A DNA stretch of 61,066 nt, the filler included. It is 3 parts of 3 records of this genome, joined end to end, with 100 filler letters (N's around TTAATTAATTAA, not from the genome) between each part and the next. Parts side by side here need not be neighbours in the genome. Positions count along the whole stretch, not along the records: positions 1 to 26,208 come from SRR20825006_1588; 2 more parts are not named here. One strand, written 5' to 3'. Numbering within the stretch: the first letter of the stretch is position 1; each line of letters begins with the position of its first letter. The translations under genes and the position numbers were made by a program. This document shows positions 9,501-17,086 of this stretch, piece after piece. The notes beneath the pieces were generated by a model. The model was not told where the DNA came from, did no database searches, and saw only the letters and a list, made by a program, of their open reading frames with translations.

Positions 9501-11277
9501 CGCCGCAATCGACGCCGGTTTCGCCAGGACTCTGAGAGCCGCTGTCACAATCAGGGTCGAGGTCTGCGCACAGGTTGCCCTCGCAGAAACCCGCCGCGCA
9601 GTCGCCGTCATTCAAGCAGGCCTTGCCCAGACCACAGGTCGCGCCGCAAGAGCCGCCGCAATCCTGATCCGTCTCGGAGCTGTCCTTCATCCCGTTGCTA
9701 CAAATCGCAGCGTCAGCAGGATCGGTATCGAGCGTGACCCGATTCTCCATGCCGGGGTTCACCGTAGCGCGCGAATCCTCGCCATTGGAGGTGTAGTCGA
9801 ACGAGTTCGTCTTCGAGTTGCCCTCGCCATCCTGAGTCGTCGAGGTGACGTTCACATCTGAGCCTTCGGGCAACCCGGAGACAGACACGCTGGTGGTGCC
9901 ATCCTCGTTGTTGACAAGATCGACCGAGACGTCGCCGTTGGAGCCCTCGACCGTGACTGTCACAGTGGTGCGCGTTCCATCTCCATTGATACGCGTCGAC
10001 GAGATGGTCACGCCCCCTTCATTGTTCTTGGAGGAGTATGAGACGTCGCCGTTCTCTCCAAACGTCGCGGCGTCACCGACCTTGGGGTTGTCCGCCTCGA
10101 GGTTGCTCGAGAAGCCCAACCCGTAGTTTTGCACCGAGGCCTTGTTGGTGTCACCCGAAGCGGTCGACCTTACGCCATCTGCAGCGGTCACGGCGATATT
10201 GCGCTTTGGCTTGAAGCCCTTGGCGAGCGTGGCCTGGTTGACGATCGCGACCGCCGTGCCGCAACGAGGACACCTCGAGAACGCCGGGCGAACCCAATCA
10301 CCCTCGGCCTCGATCACCTCGCCGTCACGAATACCAGTCTCCTCGCCGTCCTCGTTCGAGGCCACGATGGAGACGCCTGAATAGGTCTGCGCCAGATACT
10401 CCGAGTCCTCGTCGAATGGCGCGGGCAAGGCGCCGAGACGATCCTCGATGGCGGCGAAGTAGAGGTAGTTCGGCTTCTCTTCGGTGCTCTCGTAGACGAT
10501 CGGGGTCCCGTCGATTCCGGGGACCTCGTAGCGCCATGTGTTGGCCTTCGGGTGAACCTCGAGGACCTGCTCGCGCGAGGGGAAGTTGTTGTCATAGACA
10601 CGCAGCCAGTAGGTATCCTCGCGCTCGTTATCCTTGAAATAACCGATAGGCGTGAGCGCGTGACCTCTGGCAAAGCCAACCTCTGTGCGTTGTGCGATGG
10701 CGAGGCGATAGTGCTTCTCGCTCTCCTCGGCGAGCGCCTCGGCGAGGAATGGCATCACATCCGCGGCGAGGTAGCGCACATCCGCCTTGGCGGCATCGGG
10801 CACCGCCTGAGTCGCCGCCCAGTAGGCGAACTCCTCCTGGAGCGCGATGTTCCCATCGAGCGTCAGGTCGGCGACGTTCTCGGCGCCGTAATCCTTTGGA
10901 TCGAGCTGTCCTGAATGAAACATCAACGAGAGGACCGCGAAGCCCTCGCTTCGCCCCTGATCCAGGGTCTTATTCGTCCCACGCATCCAGAGGTTGGCGC
11001 GAGGTGTCAGGACGCAAGGATCTGAGCCCTCGACGCACACGGCCTCGGCGCCAAACATGCGCTGCATCACCTGTGGGTTGATTTGTGTGGCGACCCCGGC
11101 GCCTCCGAAGTTCTCGAAGGTGAAGGCTTCGGTGACAAAGTCAAAGCCGGAGTACACCTGAGGAGGAACCGCCTTTTGACCTGGAGGCGGGTCTGGGTCT
11201 GACCCACACGAAGAACATGAGGTCAGCAGTGACAGCGTCAACGCCATCAACGCTGGAGCGATACGCGCTCTGAGCAT
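6598..11277 (-). CDS. Giant lipoprotein (~1559 aa): papain-like N-terminal domain, 11 Cys-rich ETDxDCGG repeats, C-terminal glycine-rich domain
   Basis: Start reassigned to ATG 11277 (AAGGAG RBS), lipobox LLTS-C; repeats C-x2-G/N-x-KD-x2-E-x-D-x-DCGG-x-C; C-terminal VQAWGAAGGG...GGAGGYVEGTL glycine-rich fold. Confidence 0.8.
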   Translation of the reverse strand: MLRARIAPALMALTLSLLTSCSSCGSDPDPPPGQKAVPPQVYSGFDFVTEAFTFENFGGAGVATQINPQVMQRMFGAEAVCVEGSDPCVLTPRANLWMRGTNKTLDQGRSEGFAVLSLMFHSGQLDPKDYGAENVADLTLDGNIALQEEFAYWAATQAVPDAAKADVRYLAADVMPFLAEALAEESEKHYRLAIAQRTEVGFARGHALTPIGYFKDNEREDTYWLRVYDNNFPSREQVLEVHPKANTWRYEVPGIDGTPIVYESTEEKPNYLYFAAIEDRLGALPAPFDEDSEYLAQTYSGVSIVASNEDGEETGIRDGEVIEAEGDWVRPAFSRCPRCGTAVAIVNQATLAKGFKPKRNIAVTAADGVRSTASGDTNKASVQNYGLGFSSNLEADNPKVGDAATFGENGDVSYSSKNNEGGVTISSTRINGDGTRTTVTVTVEGSNGDVSVDLVNNEDGTTSVSVSGLPEGSDVNVTSTTQDGEGNSKTNSFDYTSNGEDSRATVNPGMENRVTLDTDPADAAICSNGMKDSSETDQDCGGSCGATCGLGKACLNDGDCAAGFCEGNLCADLDPDCDSGSQSPGETGVDCGGSICDACVATSGLDTPGCNTAADCDTAICVENKCRVKFPIYAEFDRLPDAGSSYWLVVNLDGRNKTVSIEPVDGTLRYKIGEAYSYEFVSAEACSPVVSTSQYAGPTAESPMRADGTLKIDCPEPNENRMIVKLNFYLNSLHLEENKQKLEGDPIKMALSVDGGPIQLIDIKKQHTDLGVYQNYWAIRVIQNPKRTDYKVGYTLGETKPIRAELDIGRYRFRDNEFTDAGYLFVARPDLKEVFFSVSKADYRNGVATCSDNRQNQDETGHDCGGTCGGCRANNTCLTTSDCASGLTCTGYVCRESGTCSDMTKNQDETDVDCGGSSCTARCDAGESCQASSDCDTASGYACVGSTCKIEVCNNNTKDMNESDVDCGGSSVCGACGDGKACTAGTDCASSTCIDNTCLPATCGNDTKDAGETDVDCGGTSSCPRCARAQFCLNTSDCGTGLFCVNNGCYPETCGNNMKDPDEVDVDCGTSCAFACQLGKNCNETADCTSGAVCSGNVCVPASCGNNMKDADESDIDCGGSSSCDRCVGGQSCTMDGDCVMGNLCVNSQCASPDCNNGTQDPGEADVDCGAVCVNKCGEDKMCGGDADCQAGLTCDNGTCKDASCSNNMKDPSEGDVDCGGSCATKCMIGQSCNQSADCAMGAACDNGTCSMNLCGDGTKNQDETDVDCGGMTCGACMAGQSCTLDSDCAGNDCVCGANSGNCSNASGTCGAGQYFIDQPVTDGTTASGTYTIPAGCTSLYVQAWGAAGGGDDFMGFASNLGGAGGYVEGTLTVAPGDVVTVWLGQGGSSGFTTQGAGSYLGTAANGGEGGFNSMGSDPGGGGGLTSVQITGSATQSFVVPAGAGASEFADGMSMSVMTTAGTTTAGYAGAVGSGNQGGGGAGDPGGAGENPGAYGTLPAGLTPYDSIEDPNTFNWVPGGTSNADYSRCQGANSIDAGAGSDFLGVGGDGCVVLRCVAP
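7360..8735 (-). repeat. Nine tandem ~48-aa Cys-rich coding repeats (E-x-D-x-DCGG); two more copies at ~9400-9705
   Basis: Seen in the translation, e.g. CSDMTKNQDETDVDCGG, CGNDTKDAGETDVDCGG, CGDGTKNQDETDVDCGG; DNA units recur as GCA(A/G)TCGAC. Confidence 0.85.
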
Positions 11278-11652
11278 GAAAGCACTCCTTGGCTCCGCTT
11301 CTTGGTCGTGCCAACGAGTCATCCACAGACAAGCCCCCCCGTGCCTCTCTTGTGAGCGATTCGCGGGCCTGGCCAAGTCAGAGGATCACACCACACACAC
11401 CGCTCGTGCTTCACGCACGGAAGTCTGCGGAGAAGATCATCTGAAACATTGTTTCGAACAGGAATTTTCTACCGACGATCCTACCTAACGAAACAGAATA
11501 ACTCAAGACAATATACTCACGAGTGATACTCGATAACTCCGTGTTCCGAGTGTCGGCGCTCTGTTCGTAAGGTGTTCAAAGGTCGCATCGACACGGAATG
11601 GCTGCTATTATAGCCCTAAATGCTCCAACACGAGTTCCCCCGAGGTGCCCCC

Positions 11653-12615
11653 ATGAAACCATCGCGCCAGCTCCTCTTGTTGATCCTGGTCACGTTCATC
11701 CTCCCCGCTTGCCTCACTGGCCCTGCCGGGAGCATCTTCGGGCGAGGAGGAGATGATGAGGATCAAGAGGAGCAGATCGGTGGGATGCAGGTCGCGCCTG
11801 ATATGCCCGAAGCGCCAGACGCGAATCACATGTCTGGAGCCGATATGCCCGAGGATATGCCTGGCCCTACAGACATGCCTGCTCCTGTAGACATGCCCTC
11901 CCCCCCAGAGGATATGAAAACCTGCCAGGATCAATGCACGGCAGGCACCTTCGACTGCCAGGGACCACGACTTTACACCTGCGAGAACGATCCAGGGACG
12001 GGATGCCTCGGCTTTGTCGAGGTGGCGCAATGCGGGCAGGATCAGTTCTGTGACAGCAACGCCGGAGAATGCGCCTGTCAGGTGGACGAGATGTGCACGC
12101 CGAACGAGCGACGTTGCATGGGGAGGGACGCGGTCGAGGTCTGCACCAGGAGTGAATCAGGTTGCACGACCTGGGAGATCGAGCGCACCTGTGATGGCCG
12201 CAGCTATTGCGACAACAACCTGCAGAACTGCCGCTGCCCTGCGAGTGATTGCACGAGCGCGGGCAGCACGAGCTGCAACGGCCCATCGGTCGTCGTCTGC
12301 GCACAGGACCCGGCCTCGGGATGCATTTACCCGGACACCACGCAGTCGACGCGTTGCGGCGACACTGAATATTGTGAAAATGGAGCCTGCCAGACGTGCG
12401 AAGAGCAGTGCACACCTGGAACAACGGTGTGTGTAGCTCCCGGCGAGATCCGAAACTGCATCAAGACCTCGAGTGACAAATGCCCGAGGCTCTCCTCGCC
12501 GCTCTCTTGCGGCACCACCAACCAGTGCCTCGGCAGGCCGAGCTGCTCGCAGGATGGCGACTGCGCGACCTGCGGCACGAGGAACGGGCAGACCTGTTAC
12601 TACTGCCCGCAGTGA
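11653..12615 (+). CDS. Cysteine-rich lipoprotein (~320 aa) with DM-repeat linker
   Basis: ATG 11653 preceded by GAGGTG; lipobox FILPA-C; PDMP/EDMP/VDMP linker; about four Cys-rich repeats (C-x2-G/N-x3-C-x-G). Confidence 0.8.
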   Translation: MKPSRQLLLLILVTFILPACLTGPAGSIFGRGGDDEDQEEQIGGMQVAPDMPEAPDANHMSGADMPEDMPGPTDMPAPVDMPSPPEDMKTCQDQCTAGTFDCQGPRLYTCENDPGTGCLGFVEVAQCGQDQFCDSNAGECACQVDEMCTPNERRCMGRDAVEVCTRSESGCTTWEIERTCDGRSYCDNNLQNCRCPASDCTSAGSTSCNGPSVVVCAQDPASGCIYPDTTQSTRCGDTEYCENGACQTCEEQCTPGTTVCVAPGEIRNCIKTSSDKCPRLSSPLSCGTTNQCLGRPSCSQDGDCATCGTRNGQTCYYCPQ

Positions 12616-12618
12616 TGT

Positions 12619-13068
12619 TCAGATTTGATAATTGGGCGTGAAGTCTTCGCCGGCGAGCTCGGGCACCGCGTCCGCGATCTGCTGGATCGAATAACGCCCC
12701 AGGATGCGAATCGTCGCCTCGCGGATCTCGCCCCACACCGGGATAAACGCGGCCTGACGCTCGGTCTGGTCACCATCCGAGGTGCGGTCGGCATACGTCT
12801 GCGGCGCGATCGGGCCATCCAGGTGCCGGATGACATCGAGCAACATGATCTCGCTGGCTGGACGGCTTAAAAAGTAACCGCCGTTCGCGCCGCGCTTGCT
12901 GCGAACAAACCCACCACGCTTGAGATCGCCCATGATCCCCTCGAGGAACTTGTTGGGGAGACTCTCCTCGTCCGCGATCGCCTGAATACTCATCGGATCG
13001 CTGGTGCGCGCTCCGGCGAGCGTCACCAAAGCCCGCAGTCCATACATGGTGCGTGCGCTGATATCCAT
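12619..13068 (-). CDS. Rrf2-family transcriptional regulator (Cys-free, CymR-like)
   Basis: YGLRALVTLA, wHTH, VRSKRGANGGYFLSRPASEI wing motif; no cysteines; C-terminus NYQI. Confidence 0.9.
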   Translation of the reverse strand: MDISARTMYGLRALVTLAGARTSDPMSIQAIADEESLPNKFLEGIMGDLKRGGFVRSKRGANGGYFLSRPASEIMLLDVIRHLDGPIAPQTYADRTSDGDQTERQAAFIPVWGEIREATIRILGRYSIQQIADAVPELAGEDFTPNYQI

Positions 13069-13345
13069 TTCGGTTCCTTTCCACTCACGTCGAAAACCCC
13101 AACACCTTCACACGAAGTCGCCTCGCGAGCAACCAGCACGCCCCCCAAAACGCGCCTGCCTTCGCGCGGCGATGAGGACACCTTCGACCACCGTGCGTCA
13201 GCCAAGGAGTGACGGCGCGTTTTTGTCCCCCCGGCTGCGCCAAGGGGAAGACTCGCGCTTCGAAGCGAGGTTGGAGCTTCGCGTCAAGCACGCTCGTGCA
13301 ACGCGCTGTATGTCTTAAAGCGACAGCGAGGACTACCGTGGCAAC

Positions 13346-14743
13346 TCAATCCTGGTCGCACAGGTCTCCGACCCCGTCCTTATCCTCGTCGGCCTGACCG
13401 GGGTTGAAGAAGTTGGGGCAGTTGTCGCAACGGTTGGCGATGCCATCGACGTCCGAGTCTGGCCCGGTGCAAGAGGTCGAGCAGGCGTCACCGATGCCGT
13501 CGCCATCCGCGTCTGCCTGGTCAGTGTTGGCGATGGTCGGGCAGTTATCGCACGAGTTGCCGATGCCATCGTTGTCGTTGTCCTCTTGCTGGTCATTGGG
13601 GCGCTGCGCGCAGTTGTCACACGCGTTGCCGATGCCGTCGCCATCCTGGTCGGTCTGGTCCTCGTTGGCGAGCCCGGGGCAGTTATCACACTGGTCCCCT
13701 ACCCCGTCGCCGTCGCCATCCGTTTGTTCGCGATTGGGGATGTCAGGGCACACATCGCAGGCATCGCCGATGGTGTCACCGTCGGCGTCACGCTGTGCTG
13801 GATCGGCATCCTCGGGGCAGATATCACACACATCACCGACACCATCTTCGTCGGTGTCGAGTTGATCCTCGTTGGCGGTGCCGAGGCAGTTATCACAGAC
13901 ATCACCCGCGCCATCACCATCCCCATCACGTTGCTCGATATTTGGCACCAACGGGCAGTTATCGACGCTGTTGTCCTTGGAGTCGCCGTCGATATCCTGG
14001 TCACAGGCATCGCCGAAGTCGTCATCGTCGAGGTTGGACTGATCGGTGTTGCGCACGTCGGGGCAGTTGTCGCACACGTCCCCCACGTCATCGAGGTCGA
14101 CGTCTTCCTGATCGGGGTTTGGCGAGAAGAAGCAGTTGTCACACGCGTCGCCGAAGCCATCCTCGTCGATGTCCTCTTGCAGTGGATCGAGCGCGGTGGG
14201 ACAGATATCACACACATCGCCGATGCGGTCGCCGTCGCCATCTGCCTGATCCGCGTTGGAGATCATCGCGCAGTTATCACACGCGTCACCGACGGTGTCT
14301 CCGTCGCCGTCCGCCTGATCCGGGTTATTGGCCAGCGGGCAGTTGTCATCGACATCCTCGACGCCGTCATCATCCGAGTCAGGATCGCAGGCGTCGCCCA
14401 GGCCGTCGCCGTCAACATCGGACTGGCCAGGGTTCGAGAGCCCGAGGCAGTTGTCACAGACATCGCCCGCGTTGTCGCCATCCTCGTCCGCCTGGTCGAG
14501 GTTGACGATCATGGGGCAGTTGTCGCAAGCGTCCCCCAAACCATCGAGGTCGGAGTCCACCTGATCCTTGTTGGAGACGGTGGGGCAATTGTCACGCGCG
14601 TCGCCGATCTCGTCGCCGTCAAAGTCAGCGCCCTTGCAACCAGTGGCGCCGAGCGTGGCCACCAGCGCAGAAATGACCAGCGCCCCCACGGTCCATCTCA
14701 GGGGCAATTGGCGCGTGATTCTGTTCCACATCCTGTGTTTCAT
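13346..14743 (-). CDS. Thrombospondin type-3 repeat lipoprotein (~465 aa)
   Basis: Start reassigned to ATG 14743 (MKHRMW); lipobox GATG-C; about 20 D-x-D-x-D-G-x-G-D-x-C-D-N-C-P units fill the mature protein. Confidence 0.88.
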   Translation of the reverse strand: MKHRMWNRITRQLPLRWTVGALVISALVATLGATGCKGADFDGDEIGDARDNCPTVSNKDQVDSDLDGLGDACDNCPMIVNLDQADEDGDNAGDVCDNCLGLSNPGQSDVDGDGLGDACDPDSDDDGVEDVDDNCPLANNPDQADGDGDTVGDACDNCAMISNADQADGDGDRIGDVCDICPTALDPLQEDIDEDGFGDACDNCFFSPNPDQEDVDLDDVGDVCDNCPDVRNTDQSNLDDDDFGDACDQDIDGDSKDNSVDNCPLVPNIEQRDGDGDGAGDVCDNCLGTANEDQLDTDEDGVGDVCDICPEDADPAQRDADGDTIGDACDVCPDIPNREQTDGDGDGVGDQCDNCPGLANEDQTDQDGDGIGNACDNCAQRPNDQQEDNDNDGIGNSCDNCPTIANTDQADADGDGIGDACSTSCTGPDSDVDGIANRCDNCPNFFNPGQADEDKDGVGDLCDQD

Positions 14744-14786
14744 CGCATCCTCGCCAGCGCCCAATCCATCGAGCGCTGCTTGCGCT

Positions 14787-15530
14787 TCAGATCTCGAAGA
14801 GGGGCTGAAGCAGGTGAAAAATACCTGGTTTATCGATCTGACCGCCGTTGGCGTAGCGCGCTTTCTCGATCTCGATCTCGATGGAGCCTTCGCGCTCGTC
14901 GAAGTCATTGCGGTAGCGCTGGATCACGCTCGGCTTGAACGGATCGAGCGCGACCCAGAGCAGGATCTCATCCTCCTGCTCATCGAACGCGATCTCAAGC
15001 GAGCGCTTGTGCGCCTTGATGGATGCGCCCGGCGTGAAGGTCATCCAAATGCCGTCCTCGTCCGCGCCAGCCTCGCGGTAGGTGAACCCGAACTGTGTCT
15101 GGATCGCCTCGACAACCGTCGAGATGATCGGGGACATCTTGATCTGGAGGACCTGCTCCTTGGTGATCGGGTTGGAGCCTTGCAAGGTCGCCACGGCGCG
15201 GAGTTTCCAGCCGAAGTTCCCGAGGCTCGGCGCGACCTGCGGAGGAATCTCCATATAAAAAGGCCACTCGTGCTTCTCGCCAGCCTGCAAGGAGATGCGC
15301 TCGGCGAGCACGAGGCCGTCGAAGACCTCCTGCATCTTCACGCCGTAATCATCGGGGAAGGTGTGGAGGAGCTCGAGGTTGACGGAGAAGACGTTGAGCG
15401 CCTTCTGCGCGTGCAACACGAGCTGCCCCTGGACCGTACCGCCCACGTGGCATCCTTCAGGTTGAACGCGGAGTTCGAACTCTCCCGTCGCCATCCCCAA
15501 CGTCTTCTTGATCGAATCGAGCAGCCCCAT
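14787..15530 (-). CDS. Spo0M-family (arrestin-like) protein
   Basis: ATG 15530 (MGLLDSIKKTLG) with GAGG; GGTVQGQLVL...ERISLQAGEKHEWPF..EIP..W.L pattern typical of Spo0M. Confidence 0.65.
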   Translation of the reverse strand: MGLLDSIKKTLGMATGEFELRVQPEGCHVGGTVQGQLVLHAQKALNVFSVNLELLHTFPDDYGVKMQEVFDGLVLAERISLQAGEKHEWPFYMEIPPQVAPSLGNFGWKLRAVATLQGSNPITKEQVLQIKMSPIISTVVEAIQTQFGFTYREAGADEDGIWMTFTPGASIKAHKRSLEIAFDEQEDEILLWVALDPFKPSVIQRYRNDFDEREGSIEIEIEKARYANGGQIDKPGIFHLLQPLFEI

Positions 15531-15606
15531 CGCCTCGTACCTCCATATCACAAAGGCTCGTGTCGCATCTTACCGAGACAGACTTATAGCCCAAGTCACG
15601 CACAGT

Positions 15607-16866
15607 TCAAGCAGACTCGACCTCTGGCTCATCTTCAAAGCGCGCTCCGACAAAGCTCAGGGCGACCACCAGGACAAAGCCGACCACCGCAGCGATGGCA
15701 GCGCCTGTCACGCCAGCACCCCCTGCCGGGAGGACGTTCACCAGCGCGCCGTCAACGACCTGTTGGAATGGCCAGATCCCGCGCAGACAGCCGAGCATCA
15801 GCCCGACCAACACCCCCAACGTAGGCGCCGCGTAGCGATCGAGCAAAAAACTCAACACCCGCGCGAAGCTCAAAATCCCCGCCACGAGCGCCACGCCAAA
15901 CACCCCGAGGTAGAGGATGTGGTTGAACGGCACGGTGCCAGAAGCGAGCAGCGAGAGCATCCCCTTGAGCGCGTTCAGGATAAAGAAGTACACCCCGAAG
16001 ATAAGCAGAATATAAGAGCCCGAGATCCCAGGCAAAATCATCGCACAAATCGCCACCGCGCCCGCGATCCCGATAAACCAGAGCGCGGGTCTTGGCAGGT
16101 TGACGCTCGTCCCTTTCGGCACCATCACCGCCTCGTAGGGGACGCTCCTTGCCTTGAGCGCCTTCTTGTCGAGCTGCTCCTTGCCGGCGGCTTCGCGCAG
16201 CGCGGCGAGCTCGCTGGCGACCTCGGGCGTCTCCCTGGCGACCGCTTCGCGCAGCGCCGCGTTATCACTGGCCCAATAGATCTGCTCGAGCGTCGCGGAG
16301 GTTGGCCCTCGCCGCGCGATATCCTTGATCGTCTCACCTGTCGAGGTCAGCGCCACGGTGTCTCTGGCGCCAGAGTAACCATTGGCGGGGTTGGTCACCC
16401 AGAAGCCAAAGGCGGCGCCGACGACCGCGAGCAATGCGGCCACGCCGATCATCGCGCCAGAATTGCTCGCGCGCTGGATCATCTTCGAGGGGACGTACAC
16501 GCTGGCGAGGATCAACCCGAAGAAGAACGCCCGCGTGGGCACGGGGTGATTCTCGATCAGGAACGGGATAAAGGTCGAGCCGATGAGCACGGCGGTGAAG
16601 ATGCCGCCGACGAGCGTGATGAGGAAGACGAGGTTGAGGTCGAGGAGCTCCTGTTTGAGCTGCTCGAGATCCTCGGGCTTTCTCCCGCCGGAGAGCCAGC
16701 GCCAGGCCGTGAGCAGCACGCGCGGGTGGAGCCCGCGCAGTGTGTCGACGAACTCTTTATAGACGCCCAGCACGAGCGCCAGCGTGCCGCCGCTCACCCC
16801 CGGGATCACATCCGCGATCCCCATACACATCCCCTTGAGGAAGAGGAGGATTCTCTCTCGCATCAC
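15607..16866 (-). CDS. DUF368-family membrane protein (putative undecaprenyl-phosphate translocase) with soluble insert
   Basis: Two hallmark motifs KGMCMGIADVIPGVSGGT and AICAMILPGISGS; FFFGLILAS; LVGLMLG.L..IWPF. Confidence 0.9.
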   Translation of the reverse strand: MMRERILLFLKGMCMGIADVIPGVSGGTLALVLGVYKEFVDTLRGLHPRVLLTAWRWLSGGRKPEDLEQLKQELLDLNLVFLITLVGGIFTAVLIGSTFIPFLIENHPVPTRAFFFGLILASVYVPSKMIQRASNSGAMIGVAALLAVVGAAFGFWVTNPANGYSGARDTVALTSTGETIKDIARRGPTSATLEQIYWASDNAALREAVARETPEVASELAALREAAGKEQLDKKALKARSVPYEAVMVPKGTSVNLPRPALWFIGIAGAVAICAMILPGISGSYILLIFGVYFFILNALKGMLSLLASGTVPFNHILYLGVFGVALVAGILSFARVLSFLLDRYAAPTLGVLVGLMLGCLRGIWPFQQVVDGALVNVLPAGGAGVTGAAIAAVVGFVLVVALSFVGARFEDEPEVESA

Positions 16867-17086
16867 CGCTCCATGGTCTTTTAATCAGTGCACGATGGCG
16901 ACGCAAACCGCGCTCGCCACCAGCGATCGGTCGGGAGTCTAGCAGCAGCCCGGCGATGGTTCATGATAAATCTGGTCAGAGCTCTCGGCGCGCTTTTATC
17001 TGTTGACTTGTCAGCAAGATGCGAGCGAGGTTGGCGCCGCACGAGTTCAGCCTGTTCGCAAGGAAAAGCAAGGAGCCACGCCTTAA

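Noticed and set aside
7360-14640. DNA-level periodicity suggesting a CRISPR or tandem array
   Set aside because: Repeats are degenerate, in frame and explained by protein repeats; no identical repeats with spacers and no cas genes
13586-16884. Three 418-458-aa plus-strand ORFs
   Set aside because: Antisense to the TSP3, Spo0M-like and DUF368 genes, which carry the real family motifs
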